Shown here piece after piece: positions 39,458-51,893 of a stretch of 64,000 nucleotides of DNA. Within the stretch, counting starts at the first letter, position 1. The number at the start of each line of letters is the position of its first letter. The notes under the pieces were generated by a model. It worked only from the letters and a program-made list of their open reading frames with translations, was not told the origin of the DNA and did no database searches. Source of the stretch: Octopus vulgaris (Eukaryota); assembly GCA_951406725.2 (NCBI GenBank), contig OX597814.1:107880001-107944000 (forward strand), given 5' to 3'. A program made the translations under genes and the position numbers.

Positions 39458-39516
39458 TTTCATAATATGATAAATAACCGAGGCTGTGTAGATTTTAGAA
39501 CATTTATAGATAGAAG

Positions 39517-39564
39517 GTCTTACAGCTGTTTCCGTGATATTTATTATATTCCTTCATCGGAGAC
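39517..39564 (-). ncRNA. minimal hammerhead motif, U4C core, within a Penelope-type cassette (~39450-39620)
   Basis: GUCU-CCGAUGA-AGGAAUAU..AUAUCAC-G-GAAAC-AGCU-GUA|AGAC; palindromic stem III ACAGCUGU. Confidence 0.72.
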
Positions 39565-39854
39565 TGTGTGAGAGGATGGTTAAGAAATAGTTAATTTAGA
39601 TAAGATATAAAATAGAGAGTTAGGTGGAGGAAATGAAAGAAAATAGTTGTGAGATATGTAGGGATATTGCATTTGTAGATCTATTTTTTTAGGCAGAATG
39701 GAATACATATAAGATTCCAATACTTTGTGAGTGAAGTCCAATAGTATTTAAAATTGATCATTCCAAGTATAGAGTTTATACAAAGTGTCTTTGAATCAAG
39801 GGTTTTATTTAAATTGACCGAAAAAAAATAGGGAATTTACTAGTAGGGTCAAAT

Positions 39855-40906
39855 CCAAACACCTACACATGCACCATCACTCGAATTAGAGATAAGTTTG
39901 AAGCCGATGGAACTGTTCAGAAGACCACGAACATCAAGAATGCCAACAAAGCAAGAAGGAGTACTGGAAACGAATCATCAAAATCCAAGAAAATCTGTGT
40001 GGCAAGCGAGTCATGAGGTAGGTATTCCAAAATCGTCTGTTCAACGCATTTTGATGTGTTGTCAATGGAAAAGTTACGTTCCATGATTAGCCCGTGCTAT
40101 TAATGACGATGATCCAGACCGAAGACTGCAGTATTGCGAGTGGTACTTGGCACGATGTGTAGAAGATGCACACTTTCCAACAAAGATTGTGTGGAGTGAT
40201 GAGGCCACATTCAAATTAAGTGGTTCAATTAACCACCACAACTGCACCTTGTGAGGATCTGAGAATCCACATGTTATGGTGGAACACCATGTTAATTTAC
40301 CAGGAGTTGCAGTGTAGTGTGGCTCATCATCAAGAGAATTACGTGGACCATTCTCTTTTGATGCTACTGTGACTAGTTCTGTTTACTTGAATTTGCTGCA
40401 ACAGTCTGTCATGCCAAGCATCAAAGAAGACTTTGAAGATGAAGAGTTTTTATTTTCAGCAAGATTAGGGCACCCCCACACCCTGCCATCGCTATGTTAG
40501 ATCCTTCCTTGATGAGATCTTGCCAAACAGGTGGATTGGACGAAGGGGTTTCATTAAACACCCTCTGCATTAACCAGACCTCACACCACTAGACATTTTT
40601 TATGGGGATACCTAAAAGACAAAGTCTACACTATGAAGCCTGCAACAGCTGCTGATTTGAGAGCAGCCATTGAATGAGAATGCATAGAAGTACCAAACGA
40701 ATTATTTCATGATATTTGCGATTCCATTGATTTGCGTTGTCAGCAGTGCCTGGACCAGGCCAGACGTCAGTTTGCAAACAGGTATTGACAAAACAATAAA
40801 ATAATGTCTGTAGATTCTATTAAATTTTGAAAATGATATGCCTTTTAATAAACACCTAATTTACAATTATTTAAAGTGTGTATACATTTTTGGGGGACAC
40901 CCCATA
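39855..40906 (+). pseudogene. DD41D (rosa-like) Tc1/mariner transposase pseudogene with right TIR; left end missing
   Basis: [44 protein letters not shown]...RWIGRRG...PDLTPLDIFLWGYLKDKVY; ~41 aa between the 2nd and 3rd Asp; multiple stops; end ttttgggggacacccca+TA. Confidence 0.9.
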
Positions 40907-41809
40907 GAGAGATTACGTAAATAAATATGATCTAGCAGCAGTGTACCGGCACGACGTCAGGTGAGTTGCTTTGATAGCATTCCTAGATCACGTTCAGTTT
41001 CCCATGTACGTATATACAAAGATACATGCATACATATGACAATGCCCAAGCGATATATTAAAGTGTGTGTGTGTGTGCGCGCGCATGCATGCGTGTGTAT
41101 GGTGTTTTGTGTGTATGTGTACGTAAAACGATATATTTTTTAAAATTCAACTAAGAATTTATTGTATTTCTAAGAACATTAACAGCATTTCCTAATTTCC
41201 TATGCAAGAAGATGAAAAAAGCAATTCTACAACTTTCCTTTCTTATCTTTCCTCCCCAACAACACCACCACCACAACCACCTCCCACCCCGTCCCGTCCC
41301 GTCACCCACCCGTTCTCTTTTCTCTTTTTCCATATTTATTCACCAAATTTTATTTTTCATTCCCTGTAAGCAAGTTTAAATATTATTCATGACTCCTTTC
41401 CCTCCACCTTCATTTCTCGCTTTTATTCATTTGTCTATTATTTATTTATTCATTTATTTATTTTGTGAATTAAACCCCCTCAGCAGCCATCGATCCGGTT
41501 ATCTTCCCTTTGTCGGCATTCTCTTGTTTCCAAACAAACCTCCTTCCTTTTACCTCCCTTTAATGAACTCAAAAACAAAAACCGTCGGCTCAGATGCGAT
41601 AATGGCCGCCTACTTGGGGAGACTTGGGGAGGGCAACACACTCGAGCACCCGTTCCCCTTTTATCTTCCTCTACAAGACACATATTCTGCTTTTTGCCTT
41701 CCTTCCTCCCTTTCCCCATTCCTCTATTCTTTTATTTGTTTGTTGGGTTGTTTTTATTTATCTCCCTCCTATACTTGGTATTACCTTGTGTTGTTATTCA
41801 GATGTTGTT

Positions 41810-41942
41810 GTTCTTCTTCTTCTTCCACTTTTTCCATTTCTTCTTCTTCTCCTCCTCCTCCTCCTCCTCCCCCTTCTTCTTCTTCTTCTTCTTCTTCTTC
41901 TTCTTCTTCTTCTTCTTCTTCTTCTTCTTCTTCTTCTTCTTT
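41810..41942. repeat. (CTT)n/(CCT)n polypyrimidine tract
   Basis: direct reading. Confidence 0.97.
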
Positions 41943-42217
41943 CTCCACTTTTTTTCTTCAGATATTTTGAAAGACAGGAGAGATAGACAGATAGATAGGT
42001 AGATAGAGACAGACGGGGAAGGAGACAGAGAAAGAAAGTGTGTCATACAGTAAAATTATGCCCAGCCATTAATCCTTATAATGTTGACCCTCAATTTACA
42101 AAGAAGAATGCTTCAGAGATAGATACAGGTGTGGTTCTCTCCAAAGAATTTTGTTCTCCAACCACATGGTTCCGGGTCAATTGCCGTTGCGTAGTACCAT
42201 GAGCAAGTGTTTATTTG

Positions 42218-42251
<34 letters not shown>

Positions 42252-42599
42252 TCGGGATTAAAACGACATAGTTTTTTTTATTAGTGAAGTAAAATTATGT
42301 GGCCAAATGGCAGTGCCCCAGCATGGCCACATCTTATGAGCTGAAACTAGATCAAATCAAATCATATACATATATATGCATGCATACATACATACATACA
42401 TACATACATACATACATACATACATACATACATACATACATAGGTTATGAGAGGTAATGGTGTCAATAAGACCCAAAAGTGTCAGGTAATGCTGAGTAAG
42501 TGCTATGGATAGACCATAGTTAAGCACCAGGTTTTGTGATTATGCGAACGGTGATTATGTCCAACGCAGGTCATATATCAGCATGTGTGTATATAAAAA

Positions 42600-42872
42600 A
42601 AAAATTTTTCAGAATGAGATAAAAAACCAAAGTTGTGAAGATTTTAGAACATTTATAAATAGAAGGTCTTACAGATGTTTCCAGGATATTTATTATATTC
42701 CTTCATATATCTTATCTTATATCTTATCTAAATTTACTATTGTTTAACCATTTTCTCCCATCGACTCCGATGAAGGGATATAATAGATATCGTGGAAACA
42801 GCCGTAAGACCTATTTATAAATGTTCTGAAATCTTCACAGCCTTGGGATTTTTTCTCATCCTGAAAAAACAT
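42600..42872. mobile_element. inverted pair of Penelope-type terminal-repeat fragments, same family as 39450-39620; hammerhead motif at 42763-42810(+), truncated one at 42666-42706(-)
   Basis: tgtgaagattttagaacatttataaatag..ggtcttac vs gtaagacctatttataaatgttctgaaatcttcaca; ccgatgaagggatat...atatcgtggaaacagccgtaagac. Confidence 0.8.
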
Positions 42873-43416
42873 TATATATATATATATAGTCACTGCACTA
42901 AATCATTTTCTGCAGTATTATTTTCCGGTAATTTAGCGTGCCAAAATGAGGACTTTTGAAAAATAACACAAGTGTAATAGGTAGAACTAGATACAGATCC
43001 AACGTCGTGCAGACGTCCCTGTGTATAGTTCTGCAAATTATATTTGTATTGATGATCATACTGAAGATCTATGGACAAATTGCGTAAGTAAAATTATGTA
43101 ATCTGTTAATAGTGAAACATTGTTTGTGAATAATCAACATTTTTGTTACTTTTCATTTGTCTTGCTCGCCTACGTTCTGGTGTTTGCTAAATTTTTCTTG
43201 AGAACATTTCTTAGTGGTAAGACCATAGCGGATCTACTTCTAGCATAAGGTTTGTCCACATAGTGGTTATCCTGCTCATATGTATATAATACAATTTACT
43301 GAACCTTCAGATTTTAATATGTTAGACCACTGGTGTTAAATTGATGTTAATTAAATTAATATCCAATTTCTCATCCTCATTTTAAATGTATATATATATA
43401 TGTATACACACACACA

Positions 43417-43472
<56 letters not shown>

Positions 43473-43654
43473 TATATATACACATTTATAAAAAGAGATA
43501 TTGTGAAATCTATCAAAGATATACACAGGATTCTTAACCATAGATTTCTATGAGAAAATACATTCTGTCTTCGAAATACATATATTCCATAATGAAGTTG
43601 TTTTCAAGATTGTGGACCATTCCAGACTATTATCAATAATTAAAAGTCAATTTC

Positions 43655-43885
43655 ACCTAGGTCGACTTTGCCTGTCACCCTTTCAGGGTCGATAAATTAA
43701 GTACCAGTTGCCTACTCGGGTCGATCTAATCGACTGGCCCTCTTCCACAAAATTTCGGGCCTTGTGCCTACAGTAGAAAGAAAAAAATGATAATAATTAA
43801 AAGACAAGAACGAGCTGGCAGAATGGTTAGCATGCCGGGCGAAATGCTTAGTGACATTTAGTCCGTCTTTACATTCTGAGTCCAG
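43655..43885 (+). mobile_element. SINE-D 3' part followed by a SINE-D head
   Basis: family-D core and tail type 1, then gagctggcagaatggttagcatgccgggcgaaatgc. Confidence 0.82.
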
Positions 43886-44004
43886 ATCCCATCCAATCAA
43901 ATTTTCATTTATTTATATTAATAACGTGACTCAGATTTTAATTCTAAAATTTTCACAGGGGAAAGAAAGAAAGTGAAGAATTTGAAGAAAGGGGTTGTTA
44001 TCGG

Positions 44005-44046
<42 letters not shown>

Positions 44047-44086
44047 TATATGTATGTATACATGTGTGTGTGTGTGTGTGTATATA

Positions 44087-44241
44087 TCATCATCATTTAA
44101 CGTCCGTTTTCCACGCTGGCATGGGTTGGACGGTTTGACCGGGGTCTGGAAGCCATGGAGGCTGCACCAAGCTCTAGTCTGATTTGGCAGTATTTCTACA
44201 GCTGGATGCCCATCCTAACGCCAACCACTCCGTGAGTGTAG
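44087..44241 (-). mobile_element. family B 3' part
   Basis: catcatcatttaacgtccgttttccacgctggcatgggttggacgg. Confidence 0.87.
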
Positions 44242-44256
44242 TGCGTGCTTTTTACG

Positions 44257-44297
<41 letters not shown>

Positions 44298-44564
44298 CAC
44301 ATTTTTATGTATGTGTGTACGTATATATATATATATGTGTGTGTTTGTGCTTGTATGTGCATGTGTGTTGTTTAATTTTAGTTTTAAGCAGATGTTATGG
44401 GATATATTATCAGTGATGTTTCTGTGTGTATACATACATACATACATACATACATACACACACACATACATACATACATACATACATACATACATACATA
44501 CATACATACATACATACATACATACATACACGTACGTACGTACATATATATATCAATATATTAT

Positions 44565-44892
44565 GGAGATGTACTTGCATAGCAAATGACTTGATCTGAG
44601 ATTGTGTGCTGAAACAAATTTAGTTGACGCATGAAGGTATTTATAAGCCATTCAAGAACAAACAAAAGCCGTTAGTTTCACTTCAACATTTAATTTTCAT
44701 TTGTGTCGCCAAATTTTGTCAGGGGTTTCAAAGGGATGAAAATATTTTGACACAAATGAAAAGTAAATATTGAAGTTGAACTAACGAATTTTCTGCGTTC
44801 TTGAATGGCTTACAAATAACTTCGATGCGTCACCTGTTATTGTTTCAGCACACGATCTCAACTCAAGTCACTTGCTACGCACATACATCTCG
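44565..44892. repeat. palindrome with ~145-bp arms and ~40-bp loop
   Basis: gagatgtacttgcatagcaa...ttttcatttgtgtc vs gacacaaatgaaaa...ttgctacgcacatacatctc. Confidence 0.88.
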
Positions 44893-44994
<102 letters not shown>

Positions 44995-45121
44995 TCCACC
45001 GAGGTCGACTTTGGCTTTCATTCTTTCGGGGTGGATAAATCAATTACCAGTTGCGTACTGGTTTTGATCTAAACGAATGGCCCCTTCCACATAATTTCGG
45101 GCCTTGTGCCTAGAGTAGAAA

Positions 45122-45171
<50 letters not shown>

Positions 45172-45197
45172 ATATGTAACAATTATTTGGTTGCCAT

Positions 45198-45258
45198 AAT
45201 AAGACTCCGAGTTTCGGATGTCGGGGCGGAAAACTGCTCCGGCATCTCGTCGGTTATC
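45198..45258 (-). ncRNA. hammerhead motif, U4C core variant
   Basis: GAUAA-CCGACGA-GAUGCCGG...CCGACAUC-C-GAAA-CUC-G-GAG-UC|UUAUU; all three stems pair. Confidence 0.72.
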
Positions 45259-45376
45259 GAAGCAATAAAAAAATGCTATGAAAGGGAAATTACTATGTAA
45301 TTGACCGTTATTAAGACAAAAATATATAACTATATGAAAGAATGGAGTTCTTCATAAGATAATTCATTCAAATACT

Positions 45377-45436
<60 letters not shown>

Positions 45437-45535
45437 TTAATAAGGGTTCAATACATGGGAAACATGTATTTTTCGTGGTTGAAACCTCTTGGATTAACTG
45501 GTGCTAGAGTGATCAATATAGTGAACACTCTCTTA

Positions 45536-45578
<43 letters not shown>

Positions 45579-45757
45579 GATTAATGGAGACATTACATCA
45601 TTCGAAAAAATACTTTATATCTTTCTGCTTGTACTTCGCTACCCGCATAATTTATTCCTCTATTTCTGGTGTGTACTCATTTTACTTTCCGATCTAAGCT
45701 GGTGCCTTACCATTTCAATACCTGGTTTACTTTAATCTTGATCTATTATATATATAT

Positions 45758-46056
45758 ATTCAGTCATAAAACTGCGGCCATGCAGGAGCACCGTCTTTAG
45801 CCGAACAAATAGAGCCCAGGACTTATTCTTTGTAAGCCTAGTACTTATTATTCTATCGGTCTCTTTGGCCGAACCGCCGCTAAGTTACGGGGACGTAAAC
45901 ACACCAACTTCGGTTGTCAAGCGATGGTGGGGGGATGAACACACACACACACACACATATATAGGACGGGCTCTTTCAGTTTCCGTCTACCAAATCCACT
46001 CACAAGGCTTTGGTCAGCCTGAGGCTACAGTAGAAGATACTTGCCCAAGGTGCCAC
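45758..46056 (-). mobile_element. SINE family A lacking its head
   Basis: reverse complement of the consensus. Confidence 0.88.
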
Positions 46057-46065
46057 CTTATACAT

Positions 46066-46322
46066 ATAAAGGTAAAGACCGACTTCAGTCACAACTGACC
46101 ATGGGATTGTATCTAGAAAGTTACCTTCCGAGACTCAACTTTGGGCAAGGTTGTTTATGGAAGAGCAACAGTCACCCATGCACACCAGCCTCCTCTCTCC
46201 ACACCACTGATATTATCCAAGGGAAAGGCAAAAGCCAATGCAGTTTGGCACCAGTGGTGCTGCAATTCACTTCTACAGCTGAGTGGACTGGACCAACGTG
46301 AAAGTGTTTTGCTCAAGAAAAC
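46066..46322 (-). mobile_element. SINE fragment: group-C central motif with another tail
   Basis: cagctgagtggactgga.caacgtgaaa..gtgttttgctcaaga shared with 34420, 49315 and 61190. Confidence 0.65.
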
Positions 46323-46326
46323 ATCA

Positions 46327-46722
46327 CAGGTGCAGGAGTGGCTGTGTGGTAAGTAGCTTGCTTAGCAACCACATAGTTCCGGGTTCATTTCCACTGTTTG
46401 GCACCTTGGGCAAGTGTCTTCTACTATAGCCTCGGGCCAACCGAAGCCTTGTGAGTGAATTTGGTAGACAGAAACTGAAAGAAGCCCGTCGTATATATGT
46501 ATGTGTGTGTATATGTTTGTGTGTCTGTGTTTGTCCACCCAACATCGCTTGACAACCGATGCTGGTGTGTTTACGTCCCCGTAAACTAGCGGTTCGGCAA
46601 AAGAGACCGATAGAATAAGTACTAGGTTTACAAAGAATAAGTCCTGAGATCGATCTGCTCGACTAAAGGCGGTGCTCCAGCATGGCCGCAGTCAAATGCC
46701 TGAAACAAGTAAAAGAGTAAAG
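46327..46722 (+). mobile_element. SINE family A, full length
   Basis: near-consensus copy. Confidence 0.93.
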
Positions 46723-47578
46723 AGTATAGCCTGGTCCAGGAATCGAACTCACTACCTCATGAACTGAGTCCGACGCTCTAACCACTGAGCCATGTGCCTT
46801 CACTACATACATACATACATACATACATACATGCACACATACATATACACATACATATTGCAAAGTTGAATAATACGTTGGAGGGGAAAGATTACCGTAA
46901 TCTTTAATTGTTCTTAATCTTCAATTTTTAAACGGCTGACAAACTTGATCTATTACATATTGTATTTATTACCTCTTTATTATATATCTATCGCCATCTT
47001 AGATCCCATCTATAAGTTGTTGAAATTATCCACTGGAAAGCCTTCGCCGCATCCACACGTGAGACTGAAGATATCTTATCCAAGATGGACGACATATGTT
47101 TTCCAGAAATTTTCTCTTTTCTTTGATCTTAAATCTTAAATCTATGCACTCACAGACATTATGATTATCCGATAAACACACGTTCGTTTCAGTATGTTTC
47201 TAAGAGTTATTTATAACTACAAATACTTTTGGGTCATTGACAAAGATATTTAAGATAAATAATCTGCCTTTGTTCTTCGATTTTCGCCTGCTCAGTCATC
47301 TTATTAGTATTTCGAATAATCTGATTGATTTTTAATGGTTATATCGATATTTCGTTGCAATTGACGTCCATTTGACAAGTGTTGTTCACTTCCTGAAAAT
47401 TGCTGGTCTTCGTGAAACAAAGAAAATTATTCGAAGTTCGTCACAAAGACCCAAACCCAGACAATCCGTCTATAATTGCACGTGATTAATTCTGAACTTA
47501 TTAGCCATTCCTTGCTATTCCTAAGTCATAATGCCATATATCGTTTAATAACATCTGTCTGTCTACCTGCTTGGTTGC

Positions 47579-47655
<77 letters not shown>

Positions 47656-48459
47656 GGTATGTGTATTTTGGGTGTATGTGTGCGTGTGTGTGTACATACA
47701 TACATCTGTCCACTTGCCTATCCATCTCTCTCTCTCCCTCTCCCTTTATCTCTCTCTCCCTCTCTCTCTCTCTCTCTATCTATCTGTCTGTATGTGTGTG
47801 TGTATATGTGCGTGTGTGTGTGTGTGGGGGTGTGTGTGTGTGTGTCTACGTACATTTGTCCACTTGCCTATCCATCTCTCTCTCTCTCCCTTTATCTATC
47901 TATCTATCCATTTCTTTGTTCCTTCCACTTTCTCCCTTTCTCTCTCTTTCTCTGTCTCGCTTCTTTGTCTCTCTGCGTTAATATCTCTTTATGTATTTAA
48001 TCGTTATTTGGATGAAATTCGGTGAATGACAAAATGATTTCTGTCTCAAATTTATTCCAGACAACAAAGGCACTTTTCGCCTTGCTTTTGTTTTCTTTCT
48101 TTCTTTTTGTCGTTACTTACCGTAAATAGATTCTTGAACTTCGACCAATTTCTAGACATAACCTTTATCAAAAATGTTACAAAACGAATGAATAAGCATT
48201 AGAATTTTCTCCGATTCTTCTCCACCCCCGCTTTGCCTGTGAGGAAACCTGTTAATTGCTTTCTAGAACAAAGTATTACTTAAATATTACGAAAAAAAAA
48301 TAATGGTTTCTAATTCTGACAGAATGATACCAGTTTTGAAGGGGTGGGGGATTACTCGATACCCTCAATCCCAGAATATGACTGGTACTTTATTTAGTAC
48401 CACTTCAGTGTGCAATCTAACCCTAGCTCTAAATCCTGACGCTGTCACTAACTTTAAAT

Positions 48460-48883
48460 CAGTGGTTCCCCATACTTCTTCGAGCTGTTACCCCTTTGGC
48501 GCCCAGGTCACTTATCTGGCGCCCCCTTCCCACAACACACCAGCACACACATAAACCGTTCAAAAATTTGGACCTGGAGATCTTCATTTCCAGCGACTTC
48601 CAAGGTCTGGGGTCTCCCGCCCCTAAGCCCTAGACCATCACCTAATCACCCTTACACGTCTTGTTGCTTAACAACAACAACATAGACCACTTTCTGAAGC
48701 AAATTCAAAACAACTGCATTTTCACAAATAAAACAACCTGATAAACCCATTATTTTGTTGTGTTTTACATTTGTGGCCCACTTTAAGCCACCCCACTACT
48801 GCCTTCACTTGTCTTCAGCCCCCCCCATCTGCATATTTCCACCGTTCCCAGAGGGGCAATAGCATCCACTTTGGGAACCACTA
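48460..48883. mobile_element. hAT-type MITE inserted into a degenerate (CCCTAA)n tract
   Basis: TIRs cagtggttccca / tgggaaccacta; near-TSD ctttaaat / ccttaaaa; ctaaccct motifs on both flanks. Confidence 0.7.
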
Positions 48884-49059
48884 CCTTAAAACCTAACCCT
48901 ATTCCTAGCCCTAATGCGGGCATGTCACAGCGTGGACTAGGGATACTGTGGCAGACCACACACTAAAGTAGCACCCTTTATTTTATCAACCCCTTCTCCC
49001 CGGAAAGAATGAAAGGCAGAGTTGATCAGGGCGGATTTGAGAAAGTAGAAAGCAAACTA

Positions 49060-49720
49060 AAGCGTGACTGTTTAGTTCCCAATCAGATGGTTCCAGGTTC
49101 AATATCACTACGCGGTACCTTGGGCAAATGATTATTGCTATAGCCTTAGGCCGACCAATGCCATGTGAGTAAATGAATTTGGCAGACGGAAACTGAAAGA
49201 AGCCCGTCTTATACATACATACATACATACATACATACATACATACATACATACATACATACATACATACATACATACATACATACATACATACATGTAT
49301 GCATGCATGCATAAGGAGCACTCCTTCGGTTATGACGACGAGAATCCCAACTGATAAAATCAACGGAACAACTTGCTCGTGATATTAACGTGCAATTGAT
49401 GGAGCAATCCACAGACATGTGTACCCTTAATGTAGTTGTCAGGGAGGTTCTGTGTGACACAGAGTGTGACAAGGCTGGCCCTTTTTTGAAATACAGGTAC
49501 AACTCATTTTTGCCAACTGAGTGGACTGGAGCAACGTGAAATAAAGTGTCTTGCTCAAGGACACAACGCGTCACCGGGAATTGAACTCACGACCTTACAT
49601 GCATAATACATGTGTGTATGTATCTGTGTTTGTCTCCTACCACCGCTTGACAACCGATGTTGGTTTGTTTATGTCTCCGTGACATAGCGGTTCAGCCATA
49701 AGACACTGATAGAATAAGTA
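49060..49720 (+). mobile_element. SINE-A split at its central (CATA)n by an antisense group-C SINE (49315-49597)
   Basis: 5' half to ~49210, 3' half from ~49610; catgcataa duplicated around the insert. Confidence 0.82.
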
Positions 49721-49977
49721 GTTTTTTAATCTTCAGAGACATTTAACTTTCACTCGTAACATTAGTGGATTATTAACGGCGTTACTTTCGTCGGATAATC
49801 ACACACATCAGTTACTTGCTAATCTGATGGCAACGTTGTCGCTTATCAACACAATTTGACTTTATAATCTGATGATAGGACTAATAGCTGTTCTTTGTTA
49901 ACGGAACCTACGTAAGATAATGTTACTAAATATTTTATAAACAATCTCTTGTGTTTTGTTCTATGTATGTATGTGTG

Positions 49978-50020
<43 letters not shown>

Positions 50021-50733
50021 ACCCTATATTTTCATCGGAACTTCAATATACGAGGTTGAGTCAAAAAGTAATGCCATTTTGTTTAGGACAGGTATAATTA
50101 CCAACACAGGAACATGTATCATACATCAAAATGAAGCTGGTCCTCTCTGGATCACATCCCTACTCAGCCATTTGCATGTTAATATCACGAGCAAGCTGTT
50201 CCGTCGAACGGATCAACTGCTACCCTCATCATCATAACCGACGAAGTGCCATTTTATATACATATATACATACACACATCACAATATTACCTGTAATCTA
50301 TTGTGAACACACACACACACCGTTGGCAACACTCCTTGATCCTTTTATTGATTTCGTTTCACTTTCATCTTTTCTACAATTCGTTTCTTCTATTTGATAA
50401 AATAATTTTTTGTCTCACATCCACTGGACCCTATTTTATTTATACAAGAACCCGTCAATATTCTGCATAAATTATTAATATTTAATGGATGAAAAATACG
50501 ATGGAACTTTGGGAGTTTTGCGCTCACCAGTATTGGAGAAGTGGAGTAAATATTGTAAGGAATCGATACAGTTACTTTGTCTTACAACTCTCACCTTGAC
50601 GACCATTGTATCTCCAATACATTTGACATTCATCTGAATCAACATTATGTCTGTTAGTTCTATATTTAAGAGATGAGGGATTATGTACATTATTTACATT
50701 TGACGATATTCGTCCTCATCTTGTTTGTTATTA

Positions 50734-50777
50734 ACACAACATTTCGGCTGATATACCCCCTAGCCTTCATCAGGTGT
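50734..50777 (-). ncRNA. Penelope-associated minimal hammerhead ribozyme motif
   Basis: ACAC-CUGAUGA-A-GGCU..AGCC-GAAA-UG-UU|GUGU. Confidence 0.75.
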
Positions 50778-51684
50778 CTTGGCTGCGCTATGTTGATGAC
50801 ACCTTTATACTCTGGCCCCACCAGGAAGATGTCCAAGTGCTGATAGATCATGTGAACTCAATAAAGCCATCCGTACAGTTCACAATGGAACAGAAAAAAG
50901 ACAATCAGCTAGCATTCCTGGGTGTATTAATAACACGCACCAAGTATGGATTCAAGACATCCGTATACCGCAAGCCGACCTTCACTGGACGATACCTCAA
51001 CTTCAGTTCCCACCATCCACACAGTATAAAGAGAGGGATTGTTCAGTGCCTAAAACATCGAGCAAAGAATATAAGTAGCGATCGTGATACACACCATCTA
51101 TTAAGCAACAATTACCCCAAAAGCATACTCTCCACTCCAGTTATGAAGAAAAGAGAGGATGAAACCACTAAACTATCCATTGTCTGTCTACCCTATGTGA
51201 AAGGCCTCCCCGGAAAGATACAAAAGATATGTGGCCCATATGACATCAGATCAGTATTCAGGACTTCGAAAATATCTCCTTCAGGTAAAACCACCAATAG
51301 TAGGGAATATGGCCAAAAACTGCGTGTACTCCATCCCATGCAACTGTGGTAGGTTATACAAAGGCGAAACATGCTGCCCCCTCAAAATAAGGGTAGACGA
51401 ACATTGCAAAGCTGTGACACAGAGAGATATTGATAAATCGAGTATAGCTGATCATGTATGGAAAAATGGAGACCACCTTCCCCTGTGGGATGAAGTTAAA
51501 ATAATAGACAGAGAACACCACTGGAAAATACGAAAACTAAATGAAGCAGCACATATGTTAGGACACAAGAACCTCCTAAGCAGACCGAGTGCAGATATGG
51601 GTAGCATATGGGAACTGGTATTAAGGAAGGATAGGAAAATATTAGATTTATAAGTCCTAAAAATTCACTCAATTATTGCCCACG

Positions 51685-51757
51685 GGCTTATGGCGTAGTG
51701 GTTAACAGCGTGGGCTACTAAACCTAAGATTCCGAGTTAGATTCCAAGCAGTGACCT
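51685..51757 (+). promoter_or_regulatory. tRNA-like segment (Pol III A/B boxes) inside the Penelope 3' region
   Basis: tggcgtagtgg A box; gagttagattcc B-box-like motif ~40 nt downstream. Confidence 0.55.
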
Positions 51758-51893
51758 GAATAATAATAATGATAATAACATCGAAAGATACCTTAGGAAT
51801 TAGAACTCAGGTTCGAAATTTCCCCAAGACACCTGATGAGGACAAATATCCGTCAAATGTAAATAATGTATTATGCCTGTCTACTACCATATA

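Larger units (their letters stand above)
50683..51870 (+). mobile_element. 5'-truncated Penelope-like element: RT C-terminus plus GIY-YIG endonuclease (frameshifted), inverted terminal-repeat copy at the 5' end
   Basis: WLRYVDDTF, FTME, LAFL, SVYRKPTFTGRYLNFSSHHP; CVYSIPCNCGRLYKGET...LKIRVDEH; 50683-50782 is reverse-complementary to 51824-51870. Confidence 0.93.

Noticed and set aside
41389-42046. 193-aa and overlapping ORFs with poly-S/L/F/K
   Set aside because: Driven by the (CTT)n/(CCT)n tract and pyrimidine-rich sequence; no domain signal.
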